A DNA stretch of 64,000 nt from NCBI GenBank assembly GCA_015233155.1, contig JADFYG010000018.1:11000-74999 (forward strand). The letters are read 5' to 3'. The notes below the pieces were generated by a model. That model saw only the letters and a list, made by a program, of their open reading frames with translations. It was not told where the DNA came from and searched no databases. The stretch is from Candidatus Rifleibacteriota bacterium. GTDB lineage: Bacteria; Muiribacteriota; Ozemobacteria; Ozemobacterales; Ozemobacteraceae. The position numbers and the translations under genes were made by a program. This document shows, one piece after another, positions 56,724 through 64,000 of the stretch (its first letter is position 1; every line of letters starts with the position of its first letter).

Positions 56724-57590
56724 TCAAAGAGAAGCTGTAAGACCAAAATAGATGACTGGATCAAGCGTGAGACCGGTCGCGGAAATTTCCGCCTGAAACT
56801 GATTGAAGTTAAAGCGGAGACCACCGTTTACAGTAAAACGGCTACCACCCTTAATAAGTAATTCGTTATAATTGAACCACTCCATCTCGCCGAAAAATGA
56901 AGCTCGCTCCTGTACTCGATACTCAATTCCCAACCCTGATACGAGGAAATTCCTTGATGAGAAGCTTTGAATGGTGCCATCGGCTTGAGGCGAACCAGGA
57001 GTGCGAGTAAAACCACCTTTAAATTGTAGATAACCGTATGTATTTGTCGCCAGGTCCTCGGTGACGGTCAGAAAAAGATGTCGCAGATTTTCAATCTGCG
57101 CGTGGTCTGTTTTTTGGAGCGCTGAATCAGTCATGGGGGCAAAGGAACCACCAAAACAGAAGTCCTTTTCCGGAAGAGTGTAGGCAAATCCAAAAGCCGT
57201 GGCTTCGCCCGGCCCATTCAAAACCCCTGTATACGGATTGCTGGAACGCTCAAAGGAAAGATGCGTGAGAGTGAGTTCAAGATTCGGAAGAGCAGAATAA
57301 GATACTCCCTCCCAGTTTTCGCGTTTGTCTATGCTATATGAGGTGCTTGCCATAACGATATTGCCATGGGAAGTCCCGTATCTTCCCATGATTCCGAAGG
57401 TCTGAGACGCATTCCATGTCGGAGCAGTGATTGTAAGCAATCCATGAGACCCGCTCAGATTCATTCCGGAAGACATCTCGCGCGGAGCAAGTGGTTTGGG
57501 AAACGACTCCCAGGCTTTGACGCAACTTACATCCGCGATGAGAAGGAGAAGGAATATAATGAAGGGAAGTTTTCGCATGATTTTCAACAT
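56724..57590 (-). CDS. Hypothetical exported protein, probable outer-membrane barrel
   Basis: Signal peptide (MRKLPFIIFLLLLIADVSCVKA); SGSHGLLTITAP start resembles the gene at 34511; amphipathic beta-strands. Confidence 0.55.
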   Translation of the reverse strand: MLKIMRKLPFIIFLLLLIADVSCVKAWESFPKPLAPREMSSGMNLSGSHGLLTITAPTWNASQTFGIMGRYGTSHGNIVMASTSYSIDKRENWEGVSYSALPNLELTLTHLSFERSSNPYTGVLNGPGEATAFGFAYTLPEKDFCFGGSFAPMTDSALQKTDHAQIENLRHLFLTVTEDLATNTYGYLQFKGGFTRTPGSPQADGTIQSFSSRNFLVSGLGIEYRVQERASFFGEMEWFNYNELLIKGGSRFTVNGGLRFNFNQFQAEISATGLTLDPVIYFGLTASL

Positions 57591-57603
57591 CTTTCTTGTT
57601 CTA

Positions 57604-60552
57604 TTAGTTTGAATTTTCCAGATTTGAAATAAAATACGTTGTACCAGAAGCAATAGCGATTGGATATCTTTCCCAAAGCTGCTCTGGCTTAACTAAAGGT
57701 GCGAGATCAATATTGGCTGTGCCGATAACATATTCGGTCTCAGAGGTGTCATAACTTCCAACGAAAACAAGATATCTCACTGTGGCCGTAGTCACGGGAA
57801 TGTGTGTGAATTTGTATATTCCGGTCGTCGATGAAGCTAGGATATCGGTTTGCGTCGTTTTAACGGGTGTTGGATTGACATGCCATATGCCACTCGGACT
57901 ATCAAGTTCGGTTTCTCTTGATATCTGATATAATTTGGCAGTATAGGGGTGTGCAGAATCAGAGCCAATATATCTTCCGACTATAGAGCCAAGTCCACTT
58001 TCCTGCTGATAAATCATATAAAATGGCACTATAACGCTTCCGCTCGTTGCTGTACAGTGGCCGGTGAGCTTGTTGAAACCCTCTTTTGAAAAGTCCAATT
58101 GATACAAAATTCCCGCCGGCAGTGATGCGAACGAAAAGTTTCCGGAATAATCGGACAGCACACTGTTGAATCCTTGCAGTGAGACTGTGACAAATTCGAG
58201 ACCCTGTCCGCTATATGCATCCACCACTTGTCCCTGAATCTTGGCATTACCGCTTTGGCGAGAGAGAATCAATGTGGGTGTGGTCGGTGAAATCGTCCCA
58301 TTGTCAAACACCTGAATGACCGATGTTGCTGAACCATAATCCTGTTTTGATGCAACAATATACTGCAACCCGGTGGATATATTTTTAAATGAAAACTGAC
58401 CGTCATCTGTTGTAAACGTAACATCTGAGGAACTCGAAGATTGCGAGTTAGTACTTTTATCCAGGGGAAATAGCTCTACACGTACATTCGTAAGCGGTTC
58501 TTGAGTTGAATCGAGACGAACATATCCTTTTAACGATAAAGTGCTGGGAATGGGAAACATCTTAAAGGTTTGAGTTGCATCCGACACTGTGGAGCTGGCA
58601 GTGAGTTCATTGTAACCATCTTTTTTAAAATCCAATATATATGGAAGTTTTGATGGCGGAAGGTTGTCAAACGAAAAAACTCCACTCGCATTGGTCAGAG
58701 AGGTTGGAAATCCCTGCAGCCCGACAGTAACAAATTTGATAGGTAGTCCGGTATAGACGTCCGTCACTATTCCCTTGATGCTACTAGTAACTATGCTTGT
58801 CAGAAGCAATGTGGGAGTGCTCGGCGAAATCGTGCCATCATCAAACACCTGAATGACCGATGTTGCGAGACTGTATTCATTTATCTTCGACGCTGTAATA
58901 TACTGAGGCCCGGTAGATACAATTTGAAACGAAAATATGCCTTCATCTGTGGTAAGCGTAGAGTTCACAAAGGTTTTATTCTTATCAAGTAGCTCGACAT
59001 ATATATCCTTAAGCGGTTCTCGTGTTGAATTGAGAAGAACATATCCCTTTAACGATAAAATCTTTGGAACAGAAACCATCGCAAATACCTGAGTATCGCT
59101 CGATACTGTGTAATCAGCACTGAGCTTGTTGAAACCATCTTTTGAAAAGTCTAATTTATATGGGGGTTTTAACGACGAAATGTTGGTGAACGTAAAGTAT
59201 CCACTGGAATTAGTCAGAGTTGTGAGGAAGCCCTGCAGTGAGACAGTTACAGATCCTAGAGGTTGTTTGGTATCGGCGGCTATTACTTGTCCCAAAATGC
59301 CGCCATTACCGCCTATGCGAGTGAGAAACAATGTGGGTATGGTTGGCGAAATCGCACCATTATCGAACACCTGAATGACCGATGTTGCGGGAGTAAATTC
59401 ATTTGTTGTCGGCACTGTAATATACTGGAACCCGGTAGACAGATTTTGAAACGTAAACAGACCGTCATCCGTGGTAATCGTAAATTTCACAAATTTTTTA
59501 TTTTGATCAAGTAGCTCGACACGTATATCTTTAAGTGGTTCTTTCGTTGAATCGAGAAGAACATATCCTTTTATGGATAATGTGCTGGGAGCAATATTTA
59601 TGTCGATGGCAGCCGGGGCTTGCCCCGGTTTGATTTCGACCATCATAGCCGAGCTCGCAAATTCATTGCCATTCCCTACCACCAGCGTGTATAAACCGGA
59701 CCTGAGGTTGGCAATGGTATATTCACCCGACGGTGTGGAGCGCGTGGTGGTCGCTATCTTTGTAAGATCTTCCGAGACTGTTACCACCGCATCTCCAACG
59801 GGAGGACTACCTGGGCCTCCACGACGAACAACTCCACGAAGCGTGAAAGTCTGGCGATTCAGACTAACATCGAGCTTCAGGGGCGCATCAAGTGATTGAA
59901 CTGAAGAAGCTATAATTGAAAAACTGTCGTAGTCGAGTTTGCTGAAAGTTATTCTGTGATATCCGGGTTTGACGCCTGAAAGATAATATGTCCCGCTGGA
60001 TGTCGTGGTTGTAGTTATGATGACATTAGTTGGAGTCGCGGTTGTGCCCGTACCAGTGCCAGTGCCAGTGCCCGCGCCAGTAACCGTGCTCGTCGTCGTT
60101 GCTGTGCCTGTGTTTAGACTGGTGCTTGTATTCAAACCTGTATCTGTATTCAGGCTAGTGGTTGTATTCAGACCTGTATCTGTATTCAGGCTAGTGGTTG
60201 TATTCAGACCTGTATCTGTATTCAGGCTAGTGGTTGTATTCAGACCTGTACCTGTGTTCAGACCAGTGCCTGTGTCAGAAGTTGTAGCGAAAAGCGGCAC
60301 TGCCAGTTTGCCCAGAACATTTTGTGAGTCGCTGACTGTTACTGAAACATTCGCCAAACCGTTTGCTGTCGAGGCATCGATTACTGTTCCGTAGATGTTG
60401 AATGCACCGGAAGCGCCTGTATTTGTTTGGTACTCCAATCCAGAAAGTGGCGTCAGGTTCGATTGCTCACCGCAACCGACAGCCAATATCATTACCAACA
60501 TCAGGAGAAATGCTCCAGATAGCGAAATGCGATTACGAAATGAAATGAACAT
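57604..60552 (-). CDS. Large lipoprotein with carboxypeptidase-regulatory-like (transthyretin-fold) repeats and a Thr/Gly-rich linker
   Basis: ATG 60552; lipobox AVG-C; repeated G.V.D..T..PL..V.V.L...TT...G.F.F.N units; three ~170-aa super-repeats. Confidence 0.8.
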   Translation of the reverse strand: MFISFRNRISLSGAFLLMLVMILAVGCGEQSNLTPLSGLEYQTNTGASGAFNIYGTVIDASTANGLANVSVTVSDSQNVLGKLAVPLFATTSDTGTGLNTGTGLNTTTSLNTDTGLNTTTSLNTDTGLNTTTSLNTDTGLNTSTSLNTGTATTTSTVTGAGTGTGTGTGTTATPTNVIITTTTTSSGTYYLSGVKPGYHRITFSKLDYDSFSIIASSVQSLDAPLKLDVSLNRQTFTLRGVVRRGGPGSPPVGDAVVTVSEDLTKIATTTRSTPSGEYTIANLRSGLYTLVVGNGNEFASSAMMVEIKPGQAPAAIDINIAPSTLSIKGYVLLDSTKEPLKDIRVELLDQNKKFVKFTITTDDGLFTFQNLSTGFQYITVPTTNEFTPATSVIQVFDNGAISPTIPTLFLTRIGGNGGILGQVIAADTKQPLGSVTVSLQGFLTTLTNSSGYFTFTNISSLKPPYKLDFSKDGFNKLSADYTVSSDTQVFAMVSVPKILSLKGYVLLNSTREPLKDIYVELLDKNKTFVNSTLTTDEGIFSFQIVSTGPQYITASKINEYSLATSVIQVFDDGTISPSTPTLLLTSIVTSSIKGIVTDVYTGLPIKFVTVGLQGFPTSLTNASGVFSFDNLPPSKLPYILDFKKDGYNELTASSTVSDATQTFKMFPIPSTLSLKGYVRLDSTQEPLTNVRVELFPLDKSTNSQSSSSSDVTFTTDDGQFSFKNISTGLQYIVASKQDYGSATSVIQVFDNGTISPTTPTLILSRQSGNAKIQGQVVDAYSGQGLEFVTVSLQGFNSVLSDYSGNFSFASLPAGILYQLDFSKEGFNKLTGHCTATSGSVIVPFYMIYQQESGLGSIVGRYIGSDSAHPYTAKLYQISRETELDSPSGIWHVNPTPVKTTQTDILASSTTGIYKFTHIPVTTATVRYLVFVGSYDTSETEYVIGTANIDLAPLVKPEQLWERYPIAIASGTTYFISNLENSN
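60137..60244 (-). repeat. Coding tandem repeat, 3 perfect copies of a 36-bp unit with degenerate flanks
   Basis: CCTGTATCTGTATTCAGGCTAGTGGTTGTATTCAGA x3, encoding the LNTTTSLNTDTG repeat. Confidence 0.92.
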
Positions 60553-60619
60553 ATTCACCCTTTCCCAAACAAATCTCACTCCAATATCGACAAGTAATCT
60601 ATGATTTTTGAATCCTCTG

Positions 60620-62842
60620 TTATCGTTTTTTTGCACGCTCTCGCAATAATCTGGCAGCCGCGACCATGTTATGAAGAGCCTGAACAGCCTCATTCCAGCC
60701 ACGGGTTTTGAGCCCGCAATCCGGGTTTACCCAGATCTGTTCCGCAGGTATGACACGAATGGCACGCTCTATTACGGCCGCCATTTCCTCCGGACTGACA
60801 ACCGCTGGCGTATGGATATCGTAAACACCAGGCCCGATTTGTCGCGGATACCGGAAACGTTCGAATGCCGCAATAACCTCGCCACGGCTCCGTGTCGCTT
60901 CAATCGTGATTACATCCGCGTCCAAGGCGGAAATATATTCAATAATCTCGTTGAATTCAGAGTAGCACATGTGCGTATGAATCTGAGTTTCCGGCAGAGC
61001 TTTCGCCGCCAGACAAAATGCCCGCGCTGCCCACGCGAAATATGCCGGCCACATTGCTCGCTTCATCGGTGCCAACTCGCGAAAAGCCGGCTCGTCTATC
61101 TGAATTATCCGTATACCTGCTTTTTCAAGATCCAGAACTTCTTCATGAATCGCCAACGCAAGTTGACAGGCTGTATCAGACAATGGGAGGTCTTCTCTTA
61201 CAAAGCTCCAGGCGAGAATAGTGATTGGCCCTGTCAACATTCCCTTCATCGGTTTTTTTGTCAGAGACTGCGCAAAACTGATATTTTCAACCGTTATTGG
61301 ACCAGCTCTGACAACATCGCCACAGATGAGCGGAGGCCTGTAAATCCGGCTGCCATAGGAAATGACCCAACCATTCCGGGTTATCTCAAAACCGCCTAGA
61401 TGCTCGGCGAAATATTCAACCATATCAGAACGCTCGAATTCACCGTGAACGAACACATCCAGGCCGATCTCCTCCTGAACACGCACGACCTCGCGAATCT
61501 GATCATTCATGAAGCCGGCATATGCCTGACGGGATAGTTTTCCGGAACGCACATCCGTTCGTGCTTTTCTGACATGTCCGGTTTGCGGAAAACTTCCAAT
61601 AGTGGTTGTCGGAAACATCGGCAGTTTCAACCGCTCCTGCTGTAATTTCGAGCGTTCGGCATATGGAGCGGACCGTTCCGCATCCTTCGGTGTAAGACGC
61701 GCCACGCGTTGCCTTACCGCCTCATTATTCCAGTGGAGTGGGGTTTGGGAATACTGATTCCACCTCCGTGTCTCCTCGGTAGGCCCAGTAGTGACAAGAG
61801 TCTTGATCAACGCAAGCTCATTAAGGCGCTCTTCGGCAAAGCATATTCGCTCGCGCAAATATGGCTCCATGGTTTCTCCCTCAAGACTAACCGGAAGATG
61901 GAAAAGAGGCGCGGCATTGGAAACCCAGATCTGACCTTCGGTTAAACGCCGGATCTCATCGATCATTTCGGCAGCCCGCAATAAATTTGTTTTCCAAATG
62001 CTTCGTCCATCGACAACACCGGCGACAAGTATTTTATCCGCAGGAAATCTCACGGTTCGCAAAGCGGCCAGCGCCTCCACCCCATGAACGAAATCAAGAC
62101 CAAAACCGGCAACCGGCAAACAAAATAGCTTCGAAAGAAAATCGACCTGATCGTAGGCTATGATCAACAACAGCGGAGCATGACGGCCAAGATCCTGATA
62201 AATCTCATGAATCAGCGCCTGATCAGCCTCAGACACATCACCGGCAAATGCGGGTTCGTCGACATGTATGTATTCCGCTCCAGCAGCTCGCAGCTCGTCA
62301 AGCAATTCTCTGTAAACAGGAACCAGGGCCCTTACCACCTTTGATAATGAGCCAACGGGAAATCCCTTACTCAGACGCGCGAAAGTATACGGACCGATCA
62401 AAAATGGAATTTTGCCCTGATTGCTATCCTGGCATTTTAAAAAGGCATTAAGAGGCTTGTTCCATACCTTTTTTAAAAGAAGCTGTCCGGTTTTTGATAC
62501 AGATATCACCGGAACCAGATAATGATAGTTCGTATTGAACCATTTGGTCATCTCGAGAGCGTGAACGCCCCTGGCAAGCTGAAAATACCTGTCCAGGTCA
62601 TTACCTTCCGGATAGAGGCCAAGCATGATTCCCATGTCGAGCATGGGATCATACATTGTCATTTCTCCGACCGGGAAATAGTCAACTGAAGAACGGTAAG
62701 CCGATAATCGCTCTTCTTCGAGCCGATCAATACCATCCCGCAACTCAGTCTCTAAAATATTCCCCGCCCAGAATTCCTCGAGTAAATGCTTGAACTGACG
62801 CTCTCGACCCAATCGCGGAAACCCATAGGCGTAGGTATTCAT
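60620..62842 (-). CDS. metE: Cobalamin-independent methionine synthase
   Basis: YGFPRLG..R, EMTKWFNTNYHY, PTTTIGSFPQT, HGEFERSDMVEYF, HTHMCYSEF, WVNPDCGLKTR. Confidence 0.97.
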   Translation of the reverse strand: MNTYAYGFPRLGRERQFKHLLEEFWAGNILETELRDGIDRLEEERLSAYRSSVDYFPVGEMTMYDPMLDMGIMLGLYPEGNDLDRYFQLARGVHALEMTKWFNTNYHYLVPVISVSKTGQLLLKKVWNKPLNAFLKCQDSNQGKIPFLIGPYTFARLSKGFPVGSLSKVVRALVPVYRELLDELRAAGAEYIHVDEPAFAGDVSEADQALIHEIYQDLGRHAPLLLIIAYDQVDFLSKLFCLPVAGFGLDFVHGVEALAALRTVRFPADKILVAGVVDGRSIWKTNLLRAAEMIDEIRRLTEGQIWVSNAAPLFHLPVSLEGETMEPYLRERICFAEERLNELALIKTLVTTGPTEETRRWNQYSQTPLHWNNEAVRQRVARLTPKDAERSAPYAERSKLQQERLKLPMFPTTTIGSFPQTGHVRKARTDVRSGKLSRQAYAGFMNDQIREVVRVQEEIGLDVFVHGEFERSDMVEYFAEHLGGFEITRNGWVISYGSRIYRPPLICGDVVRAGPITVENISFAQSLTKKPMKGMLTGPITILAWSFVREDLPLSDTACQLALAIHEEVLDLEKAGIRIIQIDEPAFRELAPMKRAMWPAYFAWAARAFCLAAKALPETQIHTHMCYSEFNEIIEYISALDADVITIEATRSRGEVIAAFERFRYPRQIGPGVYDIHTPAVVSPEEMAAVIERAIRVIPAEQIWVNPDCGLKTRGWNEAVQALHNMVAAARLLRERAKKR

Positions 62843-62941
62843 ACTTCTCCTGCTTCATACAGTATTTCGCAAAATCAATTTTATTGGTAAGATCATGCGA
62901 AATCAGTATTCGTTAATATTTATTTTCTGAAAGGTAACATT

Positions 62942-64000
62942 ATGGGGAAAGCCAACAAAACGCACTTCCGAATTCAGGGGCTTTCCGCCCTTATCGGCAA
63001 TACTCCTCTTCTTGCTATCGACTTTTTATATCGCGGAGAAAAGCGCACACTTTACGCAAAAGCCGAAAATCTGAACATGACCGGCAGTATTAAGGACCGT
63101 ATGGCATTATATATCCTGGAACAAGCTTATGCACGCGGGGTTCTCAAACCGGGAGACCTTATTGCCGAAGCCACAAGTGGCAATACCGGCATAGCATTTT
63201 CCGCCATTGGCCGTGCTCTCGGGCATCCAGTCATCATCTTTATGCCAAACTGGATGAGCAGTGAACGCATCAATCTGATTCGAAGCCTGGGAGCCGAAAT
63301 TATGCTCGTCAGCCGCGAAGAGGGCGGCTTTCTCGGAAGCATTAGACGCTCTGAAGAACTTGCACACTCCCGGGAAGGAGTATTTCTTCCACGCCAATTT
63401 TCCAGTCAGGACAACATTGACGCACACTATCGCTCGACCGGCCCGGAGATCTGGTGGCAGCTTGGATTTCGCGACCTGAAACCAGCCGCTTTTATAGCCG
63501 GGGTCGGCACGGGTGGTACAATTATGGGAGTCGGAAAATTTCTGAAAGAGAAACACCCCGCAATAAAAATACATCCCCTTGAGCCCGCTAATTCTCCAAC
63601 CCTCTCCACCGGGCACAAGGTAGGAAAACATCGTATTCAGGGCATTTCTGATGAATTTATTCCACCGATCGTGGATCTCAAATCCCTTGATCCCGTGGTT
63701 AGCGTGGACGACGGAGATGCTATCCTGATGGCCCAAAAACTTGCAACCGAGCTGGGTTTCGGCGTCGGAATCTCTTCCGGAGGCAATTTTCTCGGAGCTT
63801 TGTCAGTTCAGAATAAATTGGGTAAGGACGCAGTAGTGGTAACTATTTTTCCTGACGACAACAAAAAATATCTCAGCACTGATTTATTGCGCGAAGAACC
63901 TGTCAAGAGCGATTTTCTCTCTCCGGATATCACCCTTCTTGGCGTTCAAGCCTTCAAACGCGTCTGTCACACATGCTGTCAACCTGATGATTGCATAGAG
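62942..64000 (+). CDS. PLP-dependent cysteine-synthase-family protein (3' partial)
   Basis: Not in the ORF track (no stop in window). [51 protein letters not shown]; Cys-rich end [12 protein letters not shown]. Confidence 0.92.
   Translation, partial: MGKANKTHFRIQGLSALIGNTPLLAIDFLYRGEKRTLYAKAENLNMTGSIKDRMALYILEQAYARGVLKPGDLIAEATSGNTGIAFSAIGRALGHPVIIFMPNWMSSERINLIRSLGAEIMLVSREEGGFLGSIRRSEELAHSREGVFLPRQFSSQDNIDAHYRSTGPEIWWQLGFRDLKPAAFIAGVGTGGTIMGVGKFLKEKHPAIKIHPLEPANSPTLSTGHKVGKHRIQGISDEFIPPIVDLKSLDPVVSVDDGDAILMAQKLATELGFGVGISSGGNFLGALSVQNKLGKDAVVVTIFPDDNKKYLSTDLLREEPVKSDFLSPDITLLGVQAFKRVCHTCCQPDDCIE

Noticed and set aside
60110-60270. Possible CRISPR array (36-bp repeats)
   Set aside because: The repeats are contiguous with no spacers, in frame within a CDS, and no cas genes are present.
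60671-61399. 242-aa plus-strand ORF
   Set aside because: Antisense to the conserved metE C-terminal domain; no recognisable features.
62843-62941. SAM or cobalamin riboswitch upstream of metE
   Set aside because: Only 99 bp, AT-rich, shared with a divergent gene, and no conserved riboswitch core is visible.
63107-63736. 209-aa minus-strand ORF
   Set aside because: Shadow of the cysteine-synthase-family gene on the plus strand.

Overview
A 64-kb bacterial chromosomal window with no rRNA, tRNA, CRISPR array, integrase or transposase. The core genes are an rqcH/NFACT C-terminus (left edge, absent from the ORF track), hisS, ftsQ-ftsA-ftsZ, murI, a DUF1343/NamZ protein, a [2Fe-2S] ferredoxin plus monomeric [FeFe]-hydrogenase, metE and a cysteine-synthase-family gene (right edge, also absent from the track). 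Accessory DNA includes a divergent DnaB-like/TPR/HEAT cluster, several large lipoproteins (two with HEFQH zincin motifs), a ~1130-aa surface-protein gene broken by two compensating homopolymer frameshifts, three tandem toxin-antitoxin modules (one toxin with a nonsense codon) and c-di-GMP genes. The best candidate for an undescribed system is 40822-43690. There, a TIGR04222-type membrane protein ending in SSGGGSGGCGGGCGGGCGGCGG is translationally coupled (ATGA overlap) to a radical SAM/SPASM enzyme and followed by a nucleotidyltransferase, suggesting a membrane-tethered RiPP-like substrate. Other highlights are a family of CAGGG-ended MITE-like elements with rod-shaped folds, a polyferredoxin fused to a PaaK-like ligase, and a DnaB paralog with substituted catalytic residues and an SSB-like tail. 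All family assignments come from motif recognition by eye; no database search was run.
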